From Malacoraja senta (lineage: Eukaryota): 64,000 nucleotides of DNA. A program made the translations under genes and the position numbers. A model generated the notes under the pieces. It was not told where the DNA came from, searched no databases, and saw only the letters and a program-made list of their open reading frames with translations. Shown here in pieces: positions 1-11,003 of this stretch (positions are counted from its first letter, which is position 1; each line of letters begins with the position of its first letter). The stretch lies in NCBI GenBank assembly GCA_038087875.1, contig JAXLNO010000114.1, forward strand, positions 1-64,000, written 5' to 3'.

Positions 1-67
1 TCACAGCAGAGTCACAGTTATTCTTGCTCAAAGTGACTCACAAACAATACGAGTTTGTAGTAATATA

Positions 68-1286
68 CTAGACTAAGTGGGACCCGTTGGGACCTCTGTT
101 CACACGGGAGAGCTGGTCCCCCAACATAATATTCTACCTCTCACCAATTCCAATATTGGTGGCCATGGGGGGGTGAGGCTTTCTGGAGCGCGTATGGGTG
201 TGGGCCAAAGGGACTGGTTTCCAGAGGGCTAGTATGGATTCTTGGGCTAGCAGGTCAGTCACTCAGGCCTGGTGGGCTGGCAGCTCAGTCACTCAGGCCT
301 GGTGGGCTGGCAGCTCAGGCCGTGTGAGTGTTGTGTGTGTGTGTGTGTCTCACCTCACCCAGTGTTTTCTCCTTCATTAGCTCCCTGTGAGATCCAGGAT
401 AGACTGTCAAGGTCCTTCACAGCTGGTGGGCTGGCGGTTGACTCACGGCTGGTGGGCTGGCGGTTCACTCACGGCTGGTGGGCTGGCGGTTTACTCAAGT
501 CTGGTGGGCTGGCGGTTAACTCACGGCTGGTTGGCTACACACACACACACACACACTCAATCACACACACACCCTCCATCACACACACAGCCACCCTCCA
601 TCTCACACACACCCACACATACACTCACGTAATCCATCACACACACACACACACTCGCATACAACATATATATGACAGTAAAACACTCTTGAATCTACTC
701 GCTCGGCTGAGCGCGCTCTCCACTGAGCGGGACTTCCGGAATGAGCGTGACCTCTCCCTTGAGCGTGACTTCCGGAGTGAGCGTGACTTCCGGAGTGAGC
801 AGGACTTCCGAAATGAGCGGGACCTTGGATTAGCACGGCGCAGCCACAGTTCAATTCACTCACGGCGCAGACACAGTTCAATTCACTCATGGGGCAGGCA
901 CAGCTCAGTTCAATCAGCACGGCACAGACACAGTTCAGTTTACTCATGGCGTAGACTCACAGTTCTGGACTCAACTCACTCACGGTCTTCCGGGGTGACT
1001 GACTAACGTCCGGCCTCCGGGGTTTTATTCTCCTGGCCCTCGGGAAAGGGCGTTACCTTCATCGTGGAGAGTGACAGGCGACAAGACCAATCTGCTGATT
1101 TCACTATTTCTTAAACCTTAATAACTTTTCTAATATTTCACCTACCGGAACAAAACTTGGGGTGCTCGGTGCGGAGAACGGTGAATAAGCTGGCGAGAAT
1201 CATAGCGTTATAGGGTAGCATTTTTGCACACATTACAACGCAGACCGGAAGTGGTCAAGATGATTATTTTATAGTAATACTATAGA
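68..1286 (-). mobile_element. Non-autonomous Helitron (copy 1) with internal short tandem repeats
   Basis: On the minus strand it starts A|TCTATAGTATTACTATAAAA (1286) and ends with hairpin GGTCCC-AAC-GGGTCCC (79-94) + ACTTAGT-CTAG|T (68-71). The subterminal ~200 bp matches 26560-26773 and 51200-51402. Internal 26-, 18- and 27-bp repeats and (CA)n. Confidence 0.75.
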
Positions 1287-1330
1287 TAGAAGATAGATAA
1301 AGATAGAAGATAGATAGATAGAAGATAGAT
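1283..1330 (+). repeat. (GATA/GATAGAA)n microsatellite
   Basis: Direct reading: tagatagaagatagataaagatagaagatagatagata. Confidence 0.85.
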
Positions 1331-1333
1331 GGA

Positions 1334-1640
1334 CTAGACCAAGTGGGACCCGTTGAGTCCAGTCCCCTCAACAGTTGCGGCGGGAGGTTGGGGGGCGTTC
1401 TGCGGCGTCACACACATACTAACCACCCCGCACACAAATAATCACCCCCCTTGGTATTATATTAATATTATTCATTGGCTCCTTTTACACCATACCCGCC
1501 CTATCCACTCACGCATACTCCCAAGTCTCAGGCCCGTCTAGAGAGGGAGAGGTGGGGGGGTAGAGAAAGAGGGCAGAGAGAGAGGGGGCAGCGACAGACA
1601 GGGGCAGAGAGCGAGAGAGGGGCAGAGAAAGAAAGAGAGT
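1334..1640 (-). mobile_element. Second Helitron 3'-end fragment
   Basis: The minus strand reads GGACTCAACGGGTCCCACTTGGT-CTAG|T (CTAG 1334-1337), the same terminus as the other copies. The inner boundary is uncertain. Confidence 0.6.
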
Positions 1641-1951
1641 GATAGGTAAGTTCTTGTTTAATCTTACTATTTTACTTCGGAGTCACGTGAGTGACTACAT
1701 GAAGATTTTAAAGCTTTGTGATTTCATCCGTAGATCAATCCCGGATTCTCACTGCATTTGATTGACTCGGAACGAGAAATAATCAATCATGCATTCATAA
1801 ATAACATTTGTACCACAAATGCAGTAATTCATTTTCAATAATGAAATTAATCAGATCCCCTTTAAACCAGAGGAATTTACCACAGAACTTAAAATAGTTT
1901 CTGCAAACAATCCCGCATTAACAATAGGCCGATGGTAAAAATGTTGAAACA

Positions 1952-2738
1952 TCAACTCATTGGACCACCCGGCAGCTGCGAGGATATGGTCGACGGGGAC
2001 GTATTTTGCCCTGGCCGCCGACGTTTCTGCTGCCTAGACGTGTGAGACGTAAAAACATAAGTGTTAATACCAGCAGCTGTTAAGACTTCTTTTATCCATC
2101 TGGAAATAGTCTGTATTGAAACTCTCTTGTGTGGTTTCTTGTGTGTGATCAACAACCCAGTTTCCGTATTTCTCAAATTCTTTGTGACCTCAATGTATTG
2201 TAACAAATATGTCTTAATACAGAGACAAGGATCATTTGGATATGCTGCTAGCATAATTTTAAATCCTGTCACACCTGGCCTAATTTGCTTTAGTAGGTCA
2301 TAGATATAGAATGTAACCTTATCTTCAGTTACTTCCATACTGTCTATTTGTAATTTTCCAAGTGTTTGCACTCGTTGTGCTGTCACTCGTGCCATAAGCA
2401 TGAATACTTTCATACTGAGCTTGGCCAAAGGTAAAGACACACTTGATGACCATTCACGAAGTAGTTTCAGTACCACACTTACATCCCAGATTGTCATGTA
2501 CCTAGGTTTCGGTGGTTTGGAATTAAGATTCCTTTCATTAGTCTGGAAACAATTGGGTGTGATCCAATTGGGTTTCTTTCTGAATCCAGAACCAAATATG
2601 AGGACAATGCACTTCTGGCTGAATTATTGCACTACAACTCAGACCTTCATCATAATAAAGTTTTGACAGAAATTCGAAACATTTGAAATATCCGCAGTAC
2701 TTTATTGCACATTCTTTTGTACACAGAACTCTTCCCAT
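1952..2738 (-). pseudogene. DIRS tyrosine recombinase (frameshifted)
   Basis: WDVSVVL, TAQRVQTL (catalytic R), TISRWIKEVLTAAGINTYVFTSHTSR (HxxR); split over ORFs 2538-2738 and 1952-2497. Confidence 0.85.
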
Positions 2739-2872
2739 TTCTTAATATAAGAAAGGTACTGTTTTTGAGTGCTCTTCCTCCAGGCTGCCGTAAGCATGTC
2801 CACAGTACGCTCAGACAGTCCTCGTCCCAGAAAAGGCATTCTTAAAACCTGCAAATCAACAAATCCAAACGA

Positions 2873-3241
2873 TCATATAATGGATGTTGTTCCCCTGTTT
2901 ACAGGGTGCAGCAATAAATTACTCATTTTTGGGACTTTCATCAACATTTGTGTTGTTAATTCTAATATCAACGGATACCATGGCTGTGTAGGCCAATCTG
3001 GTACTACCAATACCCTTGAAGCAGCATCTTGCCTGATTTTAAGCAAACATTGGCTTATGAGGCAGAAAGGTGGAAATATATATGAAAACATACCACCCCA
3101 ATGTAGCGAGAAAGCATCAATCGCCACTGCTCCTGGATCTGGTTTCCATGAGACATATCTTGATAGCTGATGATTCAAGTCGATGTCGGGCATTCCAAAT
3201 CTGATTTCTATATCATTGAATACTCTTGATTCAACATCCAT
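2873..3241 (-). pseudogene. DIRS adenine-methyltransferase-like domain (fragment)
   Basis: SWKPDPGAVAIDAFSLHW...YIFPPF...VVPDWPTQPWY, the typical DIRS1 MT-like region after RNase H. Confidence 0.8.
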
Positions 3242-4590
3242 TCTTTATTATCATGGCACTTCGTGACCTGGTGTCTGCTATCGTGTTCATTCTACCTGGT
3301 AGATAGATAGCTGAAATCGAAAATGTTCTTTTCAATACACCAAGACTAAAGTTGATTTAACCATTTTGTCACATGACACCGACTTATTCCACCCATATCA
3401 TTAATATAGGCAACTGCTGTTGTGTTTATTAATTTGAACTTTTGTTAGAACAATAAGCTTGGAGTCCATAGAAACCTCCTAAAAGCTCCAAATAGGCAAT
3501 TCCCCATGTCTGCAGTAACAATAACTCTTCCTGATTCCATCTGCCTCCGCAGCTAGATGTTGTCAGTTGCACCCCATCCTAGTGCACTGGCATCAGTTTG
3601 TAATATCATGGAAGGTTGTTCAATCAGCACTTTGCCTGAACTGCTTGAGACATGTAGAATCCACCACTGCAGATTAGAAACAGCATTTGTTGTTACTTGC
3701 ATGGTTCTATCAAAATGACCAGCATTTACTCTTAGTGCCTGTTCTTTGATTCTCTGCAGCTGTTGATGTTGTAATGGTCCATACTGGACTGCTGGGAATC
3801 TACTAATTTTCCCAGTACTCGAGCCACCTGTCTGATTAAAGGTTTTTGCTCGTTTAACAGATTACTGCAATCTTTAATCAACTCCACCCTTTTTTCACTG
3901 GGCAAAGTAATTTTCATTTGGGCTGAATCAATTGTGAACCCCAAATAATCAATCGAGGTACATGTTTTTAACCTTGATTTCTTTGGATGAATTTAGAAAC
4001 CCCCAAACTTTCAAAAGTTTGATTTCATAACTGCAACATATGCTTCTGTTGACTGTTTTGTCCTTCCTATAATCAGGACATCATCCAGGTATGCCATTAG
4101 TACATGCCCCTGGCTCTCAGCAACCCCAGAATTGATTTTAACAATTTTATGAATATTCTGGAAGCGGACGTTAACCCATTAGGCAGAGCTTTGAACTGCC
4201 CTAACTGGTTCATACATGTAAATTTAAGATGCTTCATATCTTCCAAGTGAACAGACACTGAACAGAAGGATTCAGACTTGTCAAGTCTATAATAATCCTA
4301 CATCCTCCATCCTTTTTTGATCGATGGAATATATTTGACCCAAATTGGTGAATTTGGTAGACTGATTCTTCAATAACACCTTTTATATATAGGGTTTTGA
4401 AGCGCAGCTTGAACCTCCATTACTTTGCAAAGTGGAGAGTTCTGCTAGGAACATGCTGGACAGGCAAATCATAATTTGGATTGAATTCAATTCGAAATCC
4501 TTGTATATTATTCAGAATTACCACATCTGAAGTAATCTTCTTCCAATTGCTATAGAAGAGACGTAATCTGCCTCCAACTTTTGGACTTAA
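3242..4590 (-). pseudogene. DIRS reverse transcriptase / RNase H (disrupted)
   Basis: Manual translation: LMAYLDDVLI (YLDD 4080-4091), FKALPNGLTSASRIFIK (~4145-4196), LQTDASALGWG (~3570-3605), and the GFTIDS...LPSEK segment in ORF 3732-3944. Confidence 0.85.
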
Positions 4591-4595
4591 TCCAG

Positions 4596-5820
4596 TTAGT
4601 ATGTTCCCATGAGAACCTCTTGAGTCATTTGAATACTCTGAGATCCCTGGATTCTCCCGGAAGCACCACCACTGGTTCTTACTCCCGCTGCAGGCCGCCA
4701 GCTACGTCCCTGCGTTGATGAGCGACTTGGTCCTGGTCCAAGATCCGTATGACGTCTGAAAGGATACTTCCTCTTTACAGACTTTGCAACCACTGATGTT
4801 TTCATCAATTCTGTTTTCGCTTCATCTTCCAACTTTTTAATACGTCTCCCGAGATCCTCTCCAAAGAGTAAGTTGGGTAATTGTATATTACTTGGTTTGC
4901 ATAGTGCTGCGAATTTCGGATTCATAGTAGGCCGTATAGCAGCTTCCTCAGATAATTGGTCTCGAAGTGGGTGCTGCATAGCAACCCCAGTGCTTCCTGA
5001 TGCAACTTCGTCATCTCTTGGCTGTTATCTGCTATTCTGGCAAAAGCAATTATTCCACAACCCAGCAGCTTTAATATTCTCTGCAACTGATTCCAGATAA
5101 TTTGGTTCACTGGTGCTGCTTTCAGCAACCCACAGTTACTTGGGGTTCCTGCTTTCTTGCAGTCTCATCCATCTCCTGCTGTTCCAGCTGATGGGAAACC
5201 AAGTAATTTATTTAAGGAGGCCAGTTCTTCTCCTAATGGCTCTCCTGACCCTGACGGGGCAGCGAATCGTACTGCCATGGGTGGAACATCTGGGAGCTGC
5301 CGTTCATCGCCTTGTACAGCCTCACCGTCAGAGTCGGGGTCTGAAATCTCATGACCCATAGCACGCTCCTCATCCCTGAGGGTGCATTCCATCAGCCCTG
5401 TACCAGGTGCTGTTGAGCTGCTTCCAGCAGCTCTGATTTTATTACACTCCTCCCTGAGTGAACTTTGCTCCAACAGCCTATGTAAAAGGCTTTCTATTTG
5501 GGCAATACGCTCGAAAGCAGTATCTAGCCCTGGAGCTACTTCCATTGCCTGGGACTCCCTCCCTGGGCCGTTGGGATTTAAACTTCGTCTTTTGCCCGAC
5601 AGGCGCTGACTGTGTTTTCACCAGCCCCAGGTCCACAGTCGCTATGCTCACCGCTGGCTACTGTACCGGGGTTTAGAGGCGGTTGGTCTCTAACCGCGGA
5701 CTCCCGACTTTCCCGACTTTCTGTCTGCTGAGTCGCTGGCCTCTTCCCCCTGCCCGTTTTTTCCATGGCGTTTGTGGAAAAAATGCCCACAGACCCACAG
5801 TAAACGGACCTAGAAAACAT
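4596..5820 (-). pseudogene. DIRS gag-like ORF1 fragments
   Basis: Several frameshifted ORFs upstream of RT (4596-4979 with LLFGEDL, 4922-5128, 5165-5545, 5578-5820). Assigned by position. Confidence 0.6.
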
Positions 5821-6033
5821 GAAAAAAGTTTTTACTTACCTTGTAGTTAAAAAACTACAAACCACTGGAGGAGCTCTGCTCCTCACGTCCATTTGCGTCA
5901 AGGCGTCTGACGTAATGACGCGCAGGCGCACTGGCGGGGTTCTTCACGAAGCCACTCAGTGACTCCGAAGTAAAATCACATATTCTTTTACATATTAAAT
6001 AATGTGGGCGGAAGGAAAAAGGAAAAAAAACAG

Positions 6034-6614
6034 CAATTAAAAAAAAGTCTATCCTTGAATAGGTTTTATGTACCGGTGAGTAGAATGAATATTCCCTTCC
6101 GAATGGGTTTTCAATTCTCCAAACATCTTTGATATTAGTAGTATTAATGTATGAATTTAATAATTCGCTTGTCTTGGATTTTACTTTTCTTTGTCTTGAC
6201 GATCTATCTAAATAAGAATCTAGTGTACAATTTAAATCTCCACCAATTATCAAATTATGTTGTGTGAGTTCCGGGATAGTGTATTCTTAAAAAACAAAGG
6301 GTTGTCAAAATTTGGTCCATAAACATTGAGAAGAATCACTTTTTTTTAGATATAATTCACCCACTAGTATAATATATCTACCATTAATGTCCGCAATAGT
6401 TGATATGTGTTTAAAAGGTATACCTTTACGGATTCAAATTGCGACCCCTATGGCCTTATGGGAGAATGAAGAATGATACGTTTCAGCAACCCATTTTGCT
6501 TTCAATCTATGTTGTGCTTCGTTTTTAAGGTGAGTTTCTTGAAGAAATGTTATATCTGCATTGAGTGACTTTAAGTGTGCTAATACTTTACCTCTCTTGA
6601 TTGGTTCATTAATA
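6034..6614 (-). mobile_element. L1 (element C), inverted 5' segment encoding the APE endonuclease N-terminal part
   Basis: INEPIKRG...FLQETHL...IIGGDLNCTLD...YSFYSPVHKTYSRIDFFL on the minus strand. Confidence 0.85.
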
Positions 6615-6952
6615 TCATAATATTATAATTTCGGACCATGCTCCTGTAACATTTATGATCAAACTAAGTGGAATGACTGAGAAGCAGACACAATGGAGAC
6701 TTAATCCTCAAATTTTAAATGATAAAGCATGTTACGAATATCTTATCACACAGATAAATATGTTTTTCGAGACCAATGACTGCCCTGAAATATTTGCCGC
6801 CCTCATGTGGGAAACATTTAAAGCATTTATACGAGGAGCGTTAATCTCCGCGCAAGCCTTTCGTAATAAAGAGATTCGTGCCAAACAACAGGTATTGGAA
6901 ATGGAAATAAGGCAATTAGATATGGAAAATGCAATTGCGCCTTCTATGATAA
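6611..6952 (+). mobile_element. L1 (element C), sense segment continuing ORF2
   Basis: YHNIIISDHAPV...WRLNPQIL...WETFKAFIRG, the sequence that follows RIDFFL in L1 ORF2. Confidence 0.85.
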
Positions 6953-7312
6953 TCTATATTACTAAAAGTCTGATCTTAACCGCTTTTGGCCCACTGTGGC
7001 GCGATTAACGAGAACGCCGCCACCTACGGCCGTCATTTTTGGCCACCTCGCTCAGAGCCCCCCTCCGCCTTCCGGGAGCAGAGGATTTTTTCTGTCGATG
7101 AAAAATGAGAGAGATATTAATGTTTTTACAAAATTCCTCATTCTCTCTGCTTCCCCCTGCTGGAGGCAGGGGGAGGGACTATAAAACCCGGAAGTGTCGT
7201 GCCTCACTCAGTCTCTGCCAGACCCAGGAAGCGAGAGGGTCAGGCTCTCTGAGCTGCGAATAAAACTGAATGCACGTCTACTCCACGGTGAGTCCCCTCG
7301 ATGAGGCTGTAA

Positions 7313-10300
7313 ACTCAGTATCCCGTGTACCTGCCTTCTCTCCATACCCCCTGATCCCTTTAGCCACAAGGGCCACATCTAACTCCCTCTTAAATATAGC
7401 CAATGAACTGGCCTCAACTACCCTCTGTGGCAGAGAGTTCCAGAGATTCATCACTCTCTGTGTGAAAAGGTTTTTTCTCATCTCGGTCTTAAAGGATTTC
7501 CCCCTTATCCTTAAGCTGTGACCCCTTGTCCTGGACTTTCCCTGGACATCGGGAACAATCTTCCTGCATCTAGCCTGTCCAACCCCATAAGAATTTTGTA
7601 CGTTTCTATAAGATCCCCTCTCAATCTCCTAAATTCTAGCGAGTATAAGCCAAGTCTATCCAGTCTTTCTTCATATGAAAGTCCTGACATCCCAGGAATC
7701 AGTCTGGTGAACCTACTCTGCACTTCCTCTATGGCTATAATGTCCTTCCTCAGATTTGGAGACCAAAACTGTACGCAATACTCCAGGTGTGGTCTCACCA
7801 AGACCCTGTACAACTGCAGTAGAACCTCCCTGCTCCTATACTCAAATCCTTTTGCTATGAAAGCTAACATACCATTCGCTTTCTTCACTGCCTGCTGCAC
7901 CTGCATGCCTACTTTCAATGACTGGTGTACCATGACACCCAGGTCTCGCTGCATCTCCCCATTTCCTAATCGGCCACCATTTAGATAATAGTCTGCTTTC
8001 CTGTTTTTGCCACCAAAGTGGATAACCTCACATTTATCCACATTATACTGCATCTGCCAAACATTTGCCCACTCACCCAGCCTATCCAAGTCACCTTGCA
8101 GTCTCCTAGCATCCTCCTCACAGCTAACACTGCTCCCCAGCTTAGTGTCATCCGCAAACTTGGAGATGTTGCCTTCAATTCCCTCATCCAGTTCATTAAT
8201 ATAAATTGTAAATAGCTGTGGTCCCAGCACTGAGCCTTGCGGTACCCCACTAGTAACTGCCTGCCATTGTGAAAAGGACCCGTTTACTCCTACTCTTTGC
8301 TTCCTGTTTGCCAGCCAGTTCTCTATCCACATCAATAGTGAACCCCCAATACCGTGTGCTTTAAGTTTGTAGTCTAATCTCTTATGTAGGACCTTGTCGA
8401 AAGCCTTCTGAAAGTCCAGATACAACACATCCACTGGTTCTCCCCTATCCGCTCTACTAGTTACATCCTCAAAAAATTCTATAAGACTCGTCAGACATGA
8501 TTTACCTTTCGTAAATCCATGCTGACTTTGTCCAATAATTTCACCACTTTCCAAATGTGCTGCTATCCCATCTTTAATAACTGACTCTAGCAGTTTCCCC
8601 ACTACCGATGTTAGACTAACTGGTCTGTAATTCCCCGTTTTCTCTCTCCCTCCCTTCTTAAAAAGTGGGGTTACGTTTGCTACCCTCCAATCCTCAGGAA
8701 CTATCCCAGAATCTAAAGAGTTTTGAAAAATTATCACTAATGCATCCACTATTTCTGGAACTACTGCCTTAAGTACTCTGGGAAGCAGCCTATCTGGCCC
8801 TGGTGATTTATCGGCCTTTAATCTATTCAATTTACCCAACACCACTTCCCGACTAACCTGGATTTCACTCAGTTCCTCCAGCTCCTTTGACCCGCGGTCC
8901 CCTGCTATTTCCGGCACATTATTTATGTCTTCCTTAGTGAAGACGGAACCAAAGTAGTTATTCAATTGGTCCGCCATATCCTTGTTCCCCATGATCAATT
9001 CACCTGTTTCTGACTGCAAGGGACCTACATTTGTTTTAACTAATCTCTTTCTCTTCACATATCTATAAAAAACGTTTGCAGTCAGTTTTTATGTTCCCTG
9101 CCAGTTTTCTTTCATAATCTATTTTCCCTTTCCTAATTAAGCCCTTTGTCCTCCTCTGCTGGTCTCTGAATTTCTCCCAGTACTCTGGTATGCTGCTTTT
9201 TCTGGCTAATTTGTACGCATCATCTTTTGCTTTGATACTATCCCTGATTTCCCTTGTTATCCACGGATGCACTACCTTCCCTGATTTATTCTTTTGCCAA
9301 ACTGGTATGAACATTTTTTGTAGTTCATCCATGCAGTCTTTAAAAGCCTTCCATTGCATATCCACCGTCAACCCTTTTAGAACGAATTGCCAGTCAATCT
9401 TGGCCAATTCACGTCTCATACCCTCAAAGTTACCTTTCTTTAAGTTCAGAACCGTTGTTTCTGAATTAACAATGTCACTCTCCATCCTAATGAAGAACTC
9501 AACCATATTATGGTCACTCTTGCCCAAGGGGGCACGCACAACAAGACTGCTAACTAACCCTTCCTCATTACTCAATACCCAGTCTAGAATAGCCTGCTCT
9601 CTCGTTGGTTCCTCTACATGTTGGTTTAGATAACTATCCCGCATAAATTCCAAGAAATCCTCTTCCTCAGCACCCCTGCCAATTTGATTCACCCAATCTA
9701 TATGTAGATTGAAGTCACCCATTATAACTGTTTTGCCTTTGTTGCACGCATTTCTAATTTCCTGTTTGATGCCATCCCCAACTTCACTACTACTGCTAGG
9801 TGGCATGTACACAACACCCACCAGCGTTTTCTGCCCCTTAGTGTTTCGCAGCTCTACCCATACCGATTCCACATCCTCCAAGCTAATGTCCTTCCTTTCC
9901 ACTGCGTTAATCTCCTCTCTAACCAGCAACGCTACCCCACCTCCTTTTCCTTTCTCTCTATCCCTCCTGAATATTGAATATCCCTGGATGTTCAGCTCCC
10001 AGCCTTGGCCACCCTGGAGCCATGTCTCCGTGATCCCAACTATATCATAATCATTAATAGCTATCTGCACGTTCAACTCATCCACCTTATTATGAATGCT
10101 CCTTGCATTGAGACACAAAGCCTTCAGGCTTGTTTTTACAACGCTCTTACCCCTATACAATTATGTTGAAAAGTGGCCCTTTTTGATTTTTGCCCTGGAT
10201 TTGTCTGCCTGCCACTTTTACTTTTGACCTTGCTACCTATTGCTTCCGCCCGCATTTTACACCCCTCTGTTTCTCTGCTCACCCATTTAAGAACCCCACC

Positions 10301-10495
10301 ACCTCTTATTCTCTGTTTATTATTGTTTTCTTCTTTCCCCCCTACATGTTGGATCTGAGTGCTTTCCTTCTCTGCCTCCTGCCTCACGCACTTTCTAATA
10401 GCTTTCTCTATTTGAGTCCCTCCCCCCAACCATTCTAGTTTAAAGTCTCCCCAGTAGCCTTTGCAGATCTCCACGCCAGGATATCGGTCCCCCTT
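7313..10495 (-). mobile_element. CR1 LINE (family 1), 5'-truncated: ORF1 end + ORF2 EN/RT
   Basis: ORF 9063-10160 is the endonuclease (GITETWL, MGDFN, KSDH). ORF 7511-9058 is RT ([26 protein letters not shown]). Frameshifts at ~9060 and ~7540. Confidence 0.95.
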
Positions 10496-10496
10496 G

Positions 10497-11003
10497 TTTG
10501 CCTCGCCTTTGTTTGCCACGCCTTTTGTTAAAAATTTTGTGTTCACAAAATGAATTTTGGTTGTCAGGTGGCTGCTTGCTGCCCAATTGTTTGCCTCGCC
10601 TTTTTTTTAAAGTTTGTGTCCACAAAATGAATTTTGGTTGTCAGGTGGCTGCTTGCTGCCCAATTGTTTGCCTCGCCTTTTGTTAAAATAAAGTTTGTGT
10701 TCACAAAATGAATTTTTGTTGTCAGGTGGCTGCTTGCTGCCCAATTGTTTGCCTCGCCTTTTGTTAAAAAAAAGTTTCTGTTCACAAAATGAATTTTGGT
10801 TGTCAGGTGGCTGCTTGCTGCCCAATTGTTTGCCTCGCCTTTTGTTAAAAATAGTTTCTGTTCACAAAATGAATTTTGGTTGTCAGGTGGCTGCTTGCTG
10901 CCCAATTGTTTGCCTCGCCTTTTGTTAACAAATGTTACTGTTCAGAAAATGAATTTTAGTTGTCAGGTGGCTGCTTGCTGCCCAATTGTTTGCCTCGCCT
11001 TTT
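10497..11003 (+). repeat. ~80-bp tandem array, left part (~6 units), inside Helitron copy 2
   Basis: Core TGTTCACAAAATGAATTTTGGTTGTCAGGTGGCTGCTTGCTGCCCAATTGTTTGCCTCGCC plus a variable A/T-rich linker. Confidence 0.95.

Larger units (their letters stand above)
1645..5976 (-). mobile_element. DIRS1-type tyrosine-recombinase retrotransposon, decayed, 3' terminal repeat missing
   Basis: Domain order gag-like, RT, RNase H, MTase-like, YR. The 5' end (5941-5976) is the reverse complement of 1669-1705, as expected for an ITR/ICR pair. Confidence 0.9.

Noticed and set aside
272..1006. 244-aa ORF and similar repetitive ORFs (10564-10928, 24796-26516, 49702-50502, 50792-51466)
   Set aside because: These are translations of tandem repeats lacking stops in some frames; no domain signal.
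2873..3241. Bacterial-type DNA methyltransferase or phage integrase cassette (horizontal transfer)
   Set aside because: The MT-like and YR domains are standard parts of DIRS1 retrotransposons and lie in canonical order after RT/RNase H.
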